DNA from: Basidiobolus meristosporus CBS 931.73
Lineage: Eukaryota; Fungi; Basidiobolomycota
Length of the DNA stretch: 64,000 nt
Direction of reading: 5' to 3'
Assembly (NCBI GenBank): GCA_002104905.1
Contig: MCFE01000139.1
Coordinates: 62,001-126,000, forward strand
Within the stretch, counting starts at the first letter, position 1, and each line of letters opens with the position of its first letter. Shown one piece after another: positions 33,756 to 48,176 of this stretch. The notes under the pieces are model-generated. The model had not been told where the DNA came from. It worked only from the letters and a program-made list of their open reading frames with translations, and made no database searches. The position numbers and the translations under genes were made by a program.

Positions 33756-35289
33756 TGTTGCAATTTAAGAAGTGATTTGGATATAAGGAACTTATCAAGA
33801 AATAGTGATAATAGTGGAACTGTTGTTTATTCATAAAGAAGCTCAGTATTTATACCTTTGTAGAAGTAATACAGCTGCAACACTAAGTAGGGAGGGTTTC
33901 TCAATATTCAGGAGCATTCTGTAACAGTTTCAGGGTTAGTACATAATGTTTGGTAATAGTGCTAATTTGATCCTGACTATAAAGGAATAATCATAAGATC
34001 ATATATCTGGAGAAAGTGGCAAAGTTAAGGCAGTAAATGAGTCCTACAGTGACTAAGACTAGCCTAGAATTGTTAAGTAAATTTTTAGCTGCTGAATGAT
34101 TCCAAATAGTCCAATATTTCAATAATAACAAGATTGACATATATCTACATGAGATTGGGTTCTTTTGTAGCAGGGCATATCATGGTATATATGTGAAACA
34201 GCTTAAAAAGGGTGTGATCATCCTACTTCTCTATGTGAGCAACCTAATAATAGCTACAAGTGACCAGGAGGCACTTAAACTGATAAAATCAGATATATGC
34301 AGCATGTCTAGTATGGAAGATCTTAGAAAATTGGGCTAGTTTCCTGGAATTGAAGTCAAATTTGGCAAACCTATGCAGACAAATATGTTGAATCAGTCTA
34401 AGAACATTGGGGGCATTCTTAGTGGCTGTAAATTGAGAATTTTCAAGCCAGCAGGTATCCCCATGGACAATAACCTGAAACTTAGCAAATATTGGCCAGT
34501 TTTAGATGGCAAAGGCTCAAATATGGACTAAAACTATTCTATCGATCAGTGGCTGTTAGCTTGATATATTTGATGATGTCTACATGTTGAGATATTGCAG
34601 TGGTGGTTAGTACAGTCAGTCAATTCATGCATATTATGGATCAGATCTAATTACAGCAGTTAAACAGATTTGAGGTATCCACAAGCTGCCATAAATATTG
34701 TATAGGAATACTCTGGAGCAGCTAATAAGCAAAACTTTGATGGTTACAGTGATTCAGATTGGCTTAGGGATATGATTGACAGATGCTCTACCACTAAGTA
34801 TGTATTTCTTTATGCCAGTGCATCTATTACCTGAAGTTGTAAGAAACAATCAACTGTAGCCCCATCTACAACTGAAGCTGAGTTATGGCTGCTTGTCAAG
34901 CAACTTAGGAGGCTGTATGGCTGCAAGAGCTACTCAAAGACTTATGTTTTAATTTGGATGAGTCAATATGTATTTACAAGGATAATTAAAGTTGTATATC
35001 ACTAGCTGGAAATTTTACTGATCATGTCAGAGCTAAGCATATAGATATGAAACAACACTTGCCAAAAGAAGCTGTAGAGAATACCTTTTATAGATAGTTT
35101 GCTGCCCAACCAACAAAATGGTGGCAGCTATATTGATAAACCTCTGGCTAGGCCACAATTTGAGAGTATCAGAAAAGAATCAGGTTTAAGAAATTATTTA
35201 GTTGAGGGGGAGTGTTGAAATATTGAACTATTTCATAGCATTCAACAGCTAATGCCTTACTTAGCAATTCTGGACAAGTCTTGCCTGTA

Positions 35290-35960
35290 ACTGACTTTGC
35301 TCTAAGGATCTTTCCCAAGGATTCCCATGCTGCCTTGGCAGTATTTGAAGCATGATTCTACCCAATGAAGGAATCTTGCATCTGGAATTAAAGGCCTTTC
35401 TCTCATTTGCTTTAAACATCTCCACTTCTTCTGCAAATCCTTTGGGCTCAACTTCTTTTCCAGCCACTGCATTCCAAAGCTTTCCTTTGTCAAGGTGTAT
35501 CTTTATCTTGATTCTCCAAACTCTGTAGTTCTTCTAGTCAAACCTCTCCTCAACAGGGAAGATATTTATATTGTTCTGTTTGCAGGTAGATGTCATCTTT
35601 AGTATTGATTAAGACAATTGGGGCTCATAACCTTTGCAATTTAAGAAATGATTTGTATATAAGGAACCATCAAGAAATAGTGATAATAGTTGAACTTTTG
35701 TTTACTCATAAAAAAGCTGAGTATCTGTACCTTTGTAGAAGTAATACAACTGCAACACCAAGCAGGGAGGGCTTCTCAACACCCAGGAGCATTCTATAAT
35801 AGTTTCAAGGTTAGTAAGGAATGACTGGTAAAAGTGCAAATTTGATCTTGACTATAGAGAAATAATAATAGAGTCATAGATCTGCAGAAAGTTGCGAGTT
35901 TGGGCTGTAGGTTAGACCTACAGAGACCAAGACTAGTCCAGAATTGTTAAGTCAATTTTT
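35290..35960 (-). mobile_element. Copia 5' fragment (LTR, PBS, gag start)
   Basis: Aligns with 33410-34090; a further partial LTR at ~35970-36150. Confidence 0.75.
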
Positions 35961-36149
35961 ACTTTTGCTTCTCAACACTCGGGGGCATTCTGTAACAGTT
36001 TCAGGGCTAGTCATAATAGTGGGTAAAAGTGCTAATTGGATCTTGACTATAGGGAAAATAGCCTAGGATCATCAATCTGAAGAAAGTGGCAAGGTTAGGG
36101 CTGTAAATAAGTCCTACAGTGACCAAGAGTAGTCCAGAATTGTAAGCTT

Positions 36150-37510
36150 TGGCTGTGTAAGATCTCCTGGAATCCTTAGTTCACATCAATACACTCAGTA
36201 AAATGGCTGCAATGGGTGGTGTTATGTACTTTAACTCTGCATGCAAAAAGTGTCTAGTCATTATAATCATCCCATCTACTGACAGCTCCATCAGCATACA
36301 TGGTCAGCATTTTTCCAAAACATCCATTAAACTGCTCAGTGACTTCATGAGCACTATGACAATATGCCAATATTTTCAAGTGTTTGCTCTGCTGCATTTC
36401 CAGGTAAGCTTCCAATTTCTTTACCATAGATTTTGCTCCTTGATTAGATAAAATCTGTACAGGGCATTCAAACTTCATAAGGTTATCTTGTTAGATGATA
36501 CTTGCAACTTCTTGTTTACTGGCCACAGGTGCAGCTTTAGCCACTGGCCATTTTGTGGCATGGTAAATTGCTACTAAATTCTGATGGTTAGATTTCATGA
36601 AGGTTGGCAGTCTTCCCATAGAGGAAATTCCCCATCTCTCAAATGGTCTAACAGGCTCCAATGGAAAGAGGTCTGCAATTCACTGTGGTTATTTGGGCAT
36701 ATATTCACTAGCTTCTCAATATTGTATTTCATTTTGGGCCAAGATATTGTAGCTTTTATGTTATATGTTCCTTTAATTGCAGGATATCCGGATCCATATT
36801 TTCATTGGCATTGCTTCTGATTGACCTCTTTTATAGTGATTACAACCTCTCTGATTAGTCTTTGTGGGCTTCCTAACTCAAGTATAGCTGAGTAATAGCC
36901 AATGGTGGGACTGACCTGATCTTGTTGTGGTACCAATGTAAATCTGTACCTGCCATGTACAAAGCTGCATAATGTAACTTACATTCTAGGGCAATTTCTT
37001 TAGACTTAAAAGCTTCTTCAATCTTCCAGAGTCAAGTTCCCATGTTCTGATTGACTCTATCATGTTATGGGTCAATCGTCACACTCAAGTTGTTCTTGAC
37101 AGGGCTTTGCAGGTTCTGCACCATGGTAGTCATTCTTTGTTGCTGCTGGCTGAGAATCTGGTGGAACTGTTAGTGTTGGACCAGGATTTACTACATAGCA
37201 TTCTTGCTTTCTTGATTTTCAGACATGTTGAAGGAGGCTTCTACTTTCTTCAGATAGGAGGTTTCTAGTTATTGCTGCTACCAATGTTTTAAGTAGTGAT
37301 AAAGGAATTGTAAAGGACTAGGGAATTTAACTAATGTAGTGTTCACCAAAACTTGAGCTGATTTTTATTTCAGTTCCAGTAGATTCTTATATATATCTTA
37401 CCAGATTGATTGTTGACTAATTGTATTTCCTAGTGCAGGTTGTAGTTGATGATTCATTTGATTGCATCATCATAGCCCAATTAGAGCCTTCTTAATATAT
37501 ATCCTATTTG
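36150..37510 (-). mobile_element. Deleted Gypsy relic (integrase, gag start, PBS, partial 5' LTR)
   Basis: Aligns with 22430-23050, 25780-26170 and the LTR from 37285. Confidence 0.7.
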
Positions 37511-38879
37511 TATCTTGAAGAGTCCCTAATCTAGCTGTTATGGTCCCACTTTGTAAATGTCTAAGAAAAAAAGCTTATTATTACTACCATGATTCACTTG
37601 GATAATCCCTCTCCAACTGCATTATGTGTGTTGTAGTTTTTCATGAAAACCTTATTGATTGGAATCTTACCTCTCATGCATGGGGGTGATATTTCTCATT
37701 TTCTTATACAGTAGCATTATGAGTTGTAGTTAATACTTTCAAAGGCTCTTGCATTTCTCTTTTGGTGGTCATCATTGCCATCAGGGTATTTTCATATTCC
37801 TCCTTGTTAGAGCTTAATCTCTAACTTTCTGCCCATGAGCCTTCCACACATGTAGTTTTAGGCCAAATTCTCAGTGGTAGATAAAAGACACAATACAGGA
37901 CCCTGATGCTCCTCTGTCAGGTTATTCAGGAAGGTACCCATTACATCCTCATTAGTGATCTCTGTGCCAGCCTATATCATCTCATTAGCAAAGGTAGTTC
38001 AACTAGTTAAATTTCTTATTTCTCCTCCTGGTAGCATCTTTTTTGCACATAATATTTGCTTTGAATATATCTATTTGCAGCTAAGTGTGACCAGCAGGTC
38101 TCTTCTCATGCCATTCCGGCCAATTGAGGAGGCTCCTGAACCAAGAATTTACATAGTAATGTGCCTTTAACATTAGAGCAAATTTAGTTAAAGCACCTTG
38201 GCTCTTTTTGCTGGTACCCCAGGGCTCCTGCTTCTTAGTCCTTAGGATGGCCTTCCCCTGCCATAGTAAAGCTCTAAAAGCCTCTGTGCTATAGCATATT
38301 AGTTGTTAGCACCTTCTAAGCTCTGAAGTAAGATTTAATGAGCTTCTTGGTAGAAGGAAAGAGTTTAGTAATTGCAATAGTGGACATCCCTAAGAATGGC
38401 AACTTGAGACGTTTGTCATGTTGGAAGAGCATTCAAGATGTTGGAAGTGATTGGGAGTTTTGTAAAATTTCTGGTAGCTCATGAGCACTTGCCTAACTAG
38501 GTCACTAGATCTCTACTTGCAAAGATTTGAGACTCCTGATCAAACTCCTTGCTAAGATTTACTTGGGGCATTATTACCAAGTGATATGGTATCAAGAATG
38601 TGATTTTGCTACTTCTGCATCCATCAAATGATTGAGCAAAAGCTATAAAATCTGCTTGTTCTCTGTTTTGCTACCAATATCTCTAAAACTGCTACAATAA
38701 GCTGTAAGCCCCATGCTGACACTCTTCAGAAAGCGTACTGGTCTACTACTAGAATTTTGACTCAGCTGAAGTGTTATATGGATCTAGCTATCCACTTTAG
38801 TAGGTAAAGACCTCTCTCTAGCATTACTGGGTTGTGATGGTGTTTTGCAGATCATAGTGAAAAACAAAGCTAAAAACTT

Positions 38880-39888
38880 GACAGTATTTTTGCGGTCTTT
38901 TGATAGGAATTGCACAGCATTATCTCCGTTGCAATGTGCTCTGCATTTAATTGAGCAGACCTAACCAGCCAATAAATCCAAATAGCCTTTTATGTCAAGG
39001 AGCTTGATGATGTTCCAACAGCCTCATTGCAAACCTTTATGGCAATTTCTTAGCAATACAGCAGCTTACAGGCAGCTCTGTATAATGCTACAGTACCAAT
39101 TTACCAAATAGTATTTCCTTTTTCTGTTTCCCCTCACACCACTCATATTACCACCGTAAATTAACACTTTTTACTTGCCTACCCACCACTACTTTGAGTA
39201 TTCCAACTATAGTTCAAACCAAAAAAATTTGGCCTCCTACTTACTAACCTCCACATACCCACCCACCTGCAGCAATGGACACCCTTCTATTATGTCAGCT
39301 ATATGGCTTTGGAGTATGATACTTGCAAAGTTGCCATGTATACTTTATCACCAGTAACATATAGATCTAGCAAACTTATGCTTGTTGCCACCACTGTAGC
39401 CACAAATACCTCCTGAATGTGTGCAAACAACTTACTGGTATTTAGCCAATATATTACATCTCCCTACTGGATTCTAGTCCCCCTTGTAAGTGTGCTCTGG
39501 CTCTTGTTTATATGAGTTCCATATTGGATGGTGTAGAAACTGGCTTGTAACCACGTTTCTTAATCCCAAAAGCATAGGTGTCTCCATGTGCACAATTGCC
39601 CTCAATATTTTTCCATTCTTGGTGTTCATCCTCCATGTGCCAACCCATTACATCCATGACAGACTTGAAGGTAATATTGTTAATGAGATTGGGATATGGT
39701 AGTACCTGCAACTTGACTTGTCTTCCTATCTCCTTACATATCCACTCCATAGAAAACACCAAAATGGTGAAGCAAGGCCCAATGTTCTCCACACTCCCAG
39801 CAAGATGGAGTAGGGAATGAATACAGTGGCAGCAGAGATCTAGGCATTCAGCTGTATGCTGGTAGTATAGCCACTCAAATTCTGTCAT
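38880..39888 (-). mobile_element. CACTA-type relic (DUF4218-like segment and 3' region)
   Basis: ORF 39508-39888 LCCHCIHSLLHLAGSVENIGP..FSMEW; homologous to 4113-4255 and 6063-6900. Confidence 0.7.
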
Positions 39889-39889
39889 A

Positions 39890-41596
39890 CTTGTCTAAAC
39901 GCTGCAGATGGGTCATGTGGCAACAAGCCATGCAGGAGGAGTACCAATCACTGATCAAGGCAAACATGTGGGAACTGGTATATTTACCATATGGGAGAAA
40001 GCCAATAGGATGTAGATGGGTCTACAAGATCAAGATAACTTCAAATTGTGCTGTTGATAAGTACAAGGCTAGATTGGTGGCCAAAGGCTATTCTCAAATC
40101 TGGGGACTAGATTTTAGGGAAACATTTGCTCTGGTTGCCAGGTTTAACTCCATTAGGACAGTTTTAGCCCTGGCAGCTGTACACAGTCTACATCTACACC
40201 AAATGGACGTTAAAACAGCCTTTCTAGATGGGGATTAGCAAGAAACTATATATATGGAGCAGCCAGAAGATTCTACCAATCCAAAAGGCCCCCATAAGGT
40301 GTGTAAACTTAGAGAATCATTGTATGGGCTTAAGCAGGCACCTAGAGCATGGTATAACAAGATTAACACATATCAAGAGGAAATTGGGTTCTCTTGTAGC
40401 ACTGAAGATCACAGTACATATGTGAAGCAGCTCAAAAAGGGTGTGATCATCCTAGTTCTTTATGTGGGCAACCTATTTATAGCTACAAGTGATCAAGAGG
40501 CACTTAAACAGACAAAATCTGATCTCTTCAGTAAGTTTGAGATGAAAGAACTTGGAAAATTGGGCTGTTTTCTTGGAATTGAAGCCAAATTTGACATACC
40601 TATGCAGAAAATTGTGCTGAATCAGTATAAGTACATCAGGGACACTCTTAGATGCTTCAAAATGAAAGATTGAAAATCTACAGCTACCCCTATGGACAAT
40701 AACCTGAAATTAAGCAAATTTCAGCCAGTTATAGTTGAAAACACCTCAGATATGGACCAAAACTTTCCCTATCAATCATTGGTTGGTAGCCTAGTGTACT
40801 TGATGGTGTCTACACGTCCAGATATTGCAGTGGCAGCTGGAATAGTCAGCTAATTCATACAGAATTATGGATCAGATCAAATTGCAGCAGTTAAGCAGAT
40901 TTTCAGATATCTACATGGTACCATAAATATGGTACTGGAATACTCTGGAGCAGCTAATAGACAAAATTTGATGGCTATAATGATTCAAGCTGGGGTAGGG
41001 ATCTGATTGACCAATGCTCTACCACAAGCTATGTATTTCTTTATTCTGGTGCAGCTATTACTAGGAATTGCAAGAAACAACCAACTGTGGCCCTATCTAC
41101 AACTGTAGCAGAGTATATGGCTGCATGTCAAGGAACTAAGGAGGCTATATGGCTACAAGAACTATTCAAAGACATGGGCTTTAATTTAGATGAACCAACA
41201 TGTAGTTACAAGCATAATAAAAGTTGTATTTCAAAAGCTAGAAATCCTATTGATCATGACAGAACTAAGCACATTGATATACAGCATCACTTTGTGAGGG
41301 AAGCTGTAGAAAATAACTTAGTAGAGCTAGTGTACTCCCCAACTAACAAAATGGTGACAGATATATTGACAAAACCACTAGCTAGGCCACAGTTTGAGAA
41401 TCTCAGGGAGAAATTAGGATCAAGAAAATGCTTAGTTGAGGGGGAGTGTTGAAATATTGGACTATTTGGTACCATTCTGCAGCTAAAAATTACTTAACAG
41501 TTCTGGACTAGTCTTGGTCACTGTGGGAATAATTTACAGCTCTAACTTTACCACTTTCTTCAGATCTATGATCTTATGATTGTTCCCTTGTAGTCA
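39890..41596 (+). mobile_element. Copia RT-RNaseH relic plus partial 3' LTR
   Basis: KYKARLVAKGYSQ, HQMDVKTAFL, LYGLKQAPRAW, KHIDIQHHFVRE; PPT then TGTTG at ~41457. Confidence 0.85.
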
Positions 41597-41599
41597 GCC

Positions 41600-43250
41600 A
41601 TTCACCAGTTGCTGCTTTACCAATAATATCTTGCTAGCTGCTTGATACTTCCATAACAGCACCTAGTCATACTTGTTACCCAGCATAAACTGAGTCAGGT
41701 GAGTTTGTGACACCTTAAGGCCCACCTTATCCTTCTGAATACAGCATGCATTGTGATAGCTCTGCAGAAGCAGGCTCACTGATTGATTGTGAGCCTATCT
41801 CCTCTAACAAAAGTACTCTGCATTAGCCTGCCAAAATCCCAGTATACAAGGGACAACACTTGTGGAAAAAAATGCAAAGAATACTTTATGGAGTCAAGTG
41901 AGCTCAGTAATCCATCTGCTGGTGAATTAAGTGATGTTGTGGTCAGAGGAGTGGTGCATTTCCATCAATATCAGTAATAGGGGCTTTGAGGATTTACTGC
42001 TACTTCTTGCCAAAATCATCCTGAAGTGCAACTTACCATGTAAACAGTATAAATGGACAACCATCATGTGGCTGGCAATTTATGACCTAGAGACTATCCT
42101 GATACCAGCATGTACTAACAGTTGCATAGCATTAACATCAGAAATGCCACCATTGCATGGTGTCCAACCTGTCAGGAATCCACCATCATTGGGGGAAAAT
42201 ATTGCTCTTATTCCAAATATAGTTCCAGTAATACCTAGTCTAAAGAAGCTCATGGAGTCCAACAAATTTGGTGAAGCTTCAAGGTACTCCATTCAGTATC
42301 AATTAAGCGCAAACTAATCCAATATTTTTGATGGCAAACAGTGCAAACAGCTAAGAAGAAAGGGTTACTATAAAGGTATGTATGACCATGCCTTTGCCTT
42401 AGGCACCTGATGATTCTCATTGAACAAGTACTCTGCCAGCAAATCCTGCAGGCCCCTGGCTCTAATCTACCTGAGTCTACCACCTATCTAACAGTATCAG
42501 GGCAGAAATCTGATGGTAGTCTCACTGGTATCTGGGCCTCAATTGCCAACCAAACTGGATAGCTATCTGCTTATATTGCTGGAGGAATATTGTATGCTTT
42601 CTAGCAGTATAACACTAAATGGTTGTTATGTTAAAGCGCATATTACTATCTGCATTGGAGATGCCCCAGCCATCAGCAAGATAGCTGGGTTTTTAGGGCG
42701 CAATTGACAGTATTGCTGTCAAGTGGTTGAGATCCAGGGGACTTACTCTATCACTCACACATATTATTATTACCTAAGCACCAACACCAAGAACATCATT
42801 TTTCTGCATAGAAAATATACAGGAGTCAGCATGCAATTACAGCAGAGCTGGCAAGCTATAAGCCATTGGCCAGAAATCAAAATCAATTGGAGACCAGAAA
42901 TACTTAAGCTAGATGGAATTTGTTGGAGCAAAAGCTTTTGGCCGGTAGCAAGGCATTTGATTTTCAACAATATCTCTATACTGATGTCCCAGTTGTACAT
43001 TGGGCATTTAAAGCTAAATGAGCCCTTAGAGATACTGGAGAAATTTGAACAAATTGGTAAGATATTACAGGGTAATCTGGTGATAGAGAGTATTCCATAA
43101 CTACACTATTTCAAAATTAATATTGCAATCACTTCTTTACTTTGCTTTTGCTATTGTAATACACAAGATATCAAGAAATCCCAACTTTGAGGGATAAAAG
43201 CTCCAGGCCTTGCCAAGCAATTCACCTAGGAAAATTATTTCATGCAGAAC
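41600..43250 (+). pseudogene. CACTA/EnSpm Transposase_21-like relic
   Basis: NIFDGKQ..QLR.KGYY..YDHAF, SLVSGPQLPTKLDSYL, AHITICIGDAPAISKIAGF; colinear with 54950-55830. Confidence 0.7.
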
Positions 43251-43339
43251 ACTCTGCAGCCAATGCATGTTGCAAGTTAAAGCTCATTTGAAGCAACACT
43301 TAATGAGCTATAATCAAAAGACTCCAATTACCATAAATA

Positions 43340-43790
43340 CTAGGCCTCTTTCCTGTTGGAAAAGTCCCCACTAATAAACCCCTGTAATCTAAAGCCCCCT
43401 GTAGAGACATCTTTGAGAAGCTCCTTCAGGCACCTCTTTAATGTACAGTCCACTCTAGAGACCACTATCAGAAGCCCCTTTACCCTAAAGGCACCCCTTT
43501 AGACATTTCTTTAGGTCCAGAGACCCTTTTAGAGACATGTACTCCACACCCCTTTAGGTTCAATGGGAATTCAGAATTACTATATCAGGATATAATTTTC
43601 AGAAATCAAATTGTCTTCCAAATAAGTAAACACTGCTCTGAAAGTAAATGAGCCCAATAGTCAACAGAAGGTCAGAACACTGCTGTGGATGTGAGAAACA
43701 CTGCCTACAGTATATTTCATGCCTAAGATTGAGGATTTTAGTGAAAGATATATCTTCTATTGTTATATCAAACTCCCAATAAACCATTTC
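43340..43790. repeat. Repeat family W with an array of degenerate CCCCTTTAG units
   Basis: About 8 units at 43380-43560; rest aligns with 49760-50030. Confidence 0.6.
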
Positions 43791-44213
43791 AGTATTATCA
43801 TACTGAATATAAGATTATGCAATTTGGCCTCACCAATGCCCTAGTTGTCTTTCAACACCTAATGAATGATGTAATCCAGGAGTACCTTGACCAATTTGTG
43901 GCTATCTACCTTAATGATATCCTAATCTACTCAAAGACTCAAGGAGAACGCAATTCACATGTGAAGAAAGTCTTTACTAAGCTTGATGCCGCTAGTCTTT
44001 ATGCCAAACTGAAAAAATGTGGACTTGACCAGAAGAAGTTGAGTTCCTAGATGATCTTATAAGCTCAAATCAAACAAGGATGGACGCCAAGAAAATAGAT
44101 GCCATCTAATCTTGGAAAACTCCTTGTTTGTAAGAGAAGTGCAATCCTTCCTTGGATTTGCCAACTTCTACCATAGGTTCATTGCCAACTACTCCAAGGT
44201 AATCACTCCCTTG

Positions 44214-46080
44214 CCCTATGAAAATAATTTGGCCCTACAGATGGATCCAATCCAGATCAGCCATAAGTATCCCATTTGGAGACTATATTAATACCAGCAG
44301 CTGGAATTAGTGACCCTCTTGACAATCTTATGATAGGATCACAACAGCATTTTGCTAATTTTACTGCCAAATAAAGTTATAAAACTTGACAGGGTTTGAA
44401 TGGTGCTGTGACAATAATGGCATGGCATTGTTGCGGTCTTGATGCACTCTACAGCTATTTAATTGTATTTAACAGGCCATGACATTTGACTGCCTTATAT
44501 GGCAAATAAATTAACATTGTTTCAACAGCATCACTGCAAGACTTTGATGGTAATATTATGGTAGTATGGCAGCCTATAGCTAGTTTTATATATTGCTACC
44601 TCATCAATTTACCAAATGGTATTTACTTTTTCTACCTCCCATTGTGCAATCCATATATTCCGCTGTAGAATCACCCCTCTCTACTTGCTTACCCACTACC
44701 ACCTTGGGTATTCCACATATAGTACAAGTCAAAAAAAATATGGCCTCCTGTTTACAAACCTCTACAAAGGCACACACCTGCTGCAATTGACATACTTCTA
44801 TCACCTCAACTTTACGGCTTTTTGATGTGATACTTGCAAAGTTGCCATATACCTTGCACTGCTGGTAACATATACATCTTGCAAACATATGCTTGGTTGT
44901 TGCAACTTTTGCCAAGAATACCTCCTGAATATCTGCAAAGAACTTCTTGGTACTTAGCTAGTATATTCCTTCTCTCTGCTGGACTCTAGTCCCCCTTATA
45001 GGTGTGCTCTGGCTCTACTTTATGTGAATTTTGTAATGAATGGTGTAGAAGTTGGCTTGTTACCATGAAAAATGCAGCATACCATGGTAGATTTTTCCTT
45101 ATATAAACTAGTTTCTTGTTACACCTAATCCAACTTTGCATTACTTAAATTATTACCTGCACATTGGGGCTGCTTAGCTTCTTAAGTCCATAGGCATAGG
45201 GGTCTCCATGTGCACATCTATCCTCTGTATTTTCCAACTCTTCCTGACTGTCTTCATGTGCCAAGTCATCACATCCATGACAGATTTGAAGGTAATTTTC
45301 TTGATGAGAGTGGGGTATTGTAGTACCTGCAACCTGACTTGTCTTCCTATCTCCCTACATATCTGCTCCATAGGAAACTCCCAAAGGTGAAGCAAGGCCA
45401 AATATTCTCCACACACCAATCAAGATGGAGTAGAGAAAGGATACAGTAGCCTCAGAGATTTACAGGTTCAGCTTTATGTTTGTAGTATAGCTGCTCAAAC
45501 CTGCTACAAACTCCTTGTACAACAGCTGTAAATGCAGCAAGTTGGCATTGATGATTGCTTGATTGATTCTGAGTGAGGTACTGCATAGCTTTGCAATATA
45601 TATCAGACTGTATTAGCTTCTTTAGCTGGGGTATTACTGCAGTATATCTGGAAACCAGTGACTTTCTCACAAGCCTGTTGTAAGGTACCGGGACTTGTAT
45701 AGGTCAATACAATTGGCTTTTAAGATATAACTGAAGTTTCAATGGAAATAAACCAATTTGTAAGCATGAAAAGTAAGAGAAACCGTCAAGTCAGGAAGTA
45801 AGAAGTGTAAAAAAGAGGTAATATCCAATCAATGCACACAAATGTAGGAGGTGATAGAGTGTCCAAAATCAGAAAGTGAGCACACTGGCAGACAGCCAAT
45901 TTAAAGCCACTTGTATAGTATTGTGATGTGAAATTTTGGCTAAGTTTTTTGCAATATCTGGGGTGTAATTGTTTTGCAACACTCTGGACGGTGTCCTGAC
46001 AGGATCAGTACCTCTTTGTCACAGGACTTTGAGTTTGTGATGGCCTTTTGACAGGATCATTTCAATAATTTATCATGGGG
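44214..46080 (-). mobile_element. Complete non-autonomous CACTA-type deletion derivative (1867 bp)
   Basis: TIRs CCCTATGAAAATAATT / reverse complement CCCCATGATAAATTATT; 3-bp TSD TTG/CTG restoring host RT ...ITP L TELT; contains a DUF4218-like piece. Confidence 0.85.
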
Positions 46081-48176
46081 CTGACAGAGCTCACCCAGAA
46101 AAATCTGCCCTTTGCCTGGAATAAGGAACAGTCTGAGTCCATTGATTCTATCAAGAAATTTTTCTTGTGTGCCCCACTGCTTTCCCATCCTGACCTCAAG
46201 AGACCTTTCATCATAGAAACCAATACCTCTGACATTGCCCTTGGTGCCATCCTTTCTCAGTACAATGATAAGAATGTGCTACACCCTATTGCATTCTACT
46301 CTCAAAAATTTACTCCTGCTGAAGTCAACTATGATATATATGATAAGGAATTACTTGCAATCTTTATTTTATCTGAACAATGGAAACACTACCTTGATGG
46401 TGCAGCCCAAAAGATAAAGATCTTCTGCAATTGCAAGAACCTCAAGTACTTTACCACCTCAAAAGTACTGAACCAGAGACAGGCCAGATGGTCCCTCTTT
46501 CTGTTTAGCTGTGACGTTGTCATCACTTATAGACCAGGTGTGAAACAAGGAAAACTTGATGCCCTGTTAAGAAAGATGAGGTATTCCCTTGAAAAAGGGG
46601 ATGATGCTTATTGGCAAATGAGAAACCATGTACTCAACAAAAGATATTTTGAACTCCTTGCAGCCTAGTCCTCCAGTATTATAGCACCTTTACTCCTTGA
46701 GAATGTCATGACCAGCCAAGCCACCAACTCCGCAGCAGCAACAATCAAGAAATACCTCAAGTCTCCCACCAACCTACCACCCAAGTTCCCAAATCTCCAG
46801 CACCTACATCTAGTCAATGACATCATATATCACCAGCACCAGCTGTTTATCCCAGAACCTGATACCCAGTTGGATATCATCCATTCTTGCCATGATTCAA
46901 TAACTGCAGGACATTTTTGTACTGCCAAAACCATGAGTGCAATCAAGAGAGACCTCTGGTGACAAAGATGATATCCCTTGTCATGGAGTACCTCCAATCC
47001 TATGATACATGTAATTGTGGATAATCTGCCATACACCAGCCATATGGGCTTTTTCAACCTTTACTAGTTCCTGACCTGCAATGGAAGTTAATTTCAACAA
47101 ACTTCATAACCAACCCCCCAAATCCAACCAATTCAATTCAGTTCTAGTAGTGGCATATAGACTGACATAGATGGCTCACTTCATTCCCTGCTCCAAGAAT
47201 ATAGACACCAAGGCAACTGCCCACCTAGTAATCAAGAGCATTTTCTGGCTCTAAGGTATCCCAAGCAACATTGTATCTGACAGAGGACCCCAGTTCATAT
47301 CAAAATTCTGGAAACACTTCATGCAACATCTTGGTGTGCAAGTCAAGCTCTCAACTGCTTTTCATCTTCAGTTAAGTGGTCAGACAGAGAGAATTAACCA
47401 GATCCTTGAACAATACCTCTGGTACTATATGAGCTATCAGCAAGACAACTGTACTCAGCTGATACCACTTGTAGAATTTGCCTACAACAACTCATGTCTT
47501 AGTGCAGCTGGTCTCACACCATTCTATGCAAATGATGGTTTTCATCCACAATTTGATATTCAGATACTAAAAAACTCTATGAGCCCCCCAGCAGCTGAAC
47601 CTGCGTCAACAATTTGAGAAATCAAAGAAACACTCATGAAAGAACAATCCCTAGCCCATGAGGGCTGCAAGAAATTTGCAGACAACAAATGGCAGCCTAG
47701 CCCCAAGCTTAATGAAGGAGATTTGGTATTGCTCTTGAGTAGAAACATTGTTACCAGCCACCCTTGTGATAAATTAGACTACAAGAAACTGGGACCATTC
47801 AAGATCAAGAAGAGGCTTAGTCCAATGGTATACCAACCACAGTTACTGCCAAGTATGAAATCCATGACACACTCCATGTATCCCTCATAGAACCATTCCA
47901 TGAAAGTAATCTACCCAGCCAGCACCCAGCAAATCCCCCAGCCACCCAAGTAGACAAACCCCAAGAGTTTTAAGTTCAGCAAGTATTGGATTTAAAGTAC
48001 ATTAAATCCAAACTTCACTATCTGATCATCTGGGTTGGTTACAGACCAAATGATCAAACTTAGGAACCAGCAGCAAACCTCACAAACTACTAAGATCTAG
48101 TTGCACTATTTAACCAGACATACACTAACAAGCCAATGCAAAAGCTTGAGCAGAGCCCCTCAAAAGAGGAGAATAG

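Larger units (their letters stand above)
29787..34124 (-). mobile_element. Near-intact Ty1/Copia retrotransposon (4338 bp)
   Basis: LTRs 29787-30154 and 33756-34124 (~11-12 differences); perfect 5-bp TSD ATAAC; PBS and PPT present. Confidence 0.95.
27480..35290 (+). mobile_element. Older decayed Ty1/Copia hosting the younger Copia in antisense
   Basis: gag/PR/IN relics at 27480-29300; RT KQAPRAWYN|KID split at the ATAAC TSD; RH, then PPT GAGGGGGAG and LTR start TGTTG at ~35213. Confidence 0.8.

Noticed and set aside
37500-38860. Possible gag-like relic or unique gene
   Set aside because: No open frame or motif could be recognised; CpG-depleted, probably unclassified repeat debris
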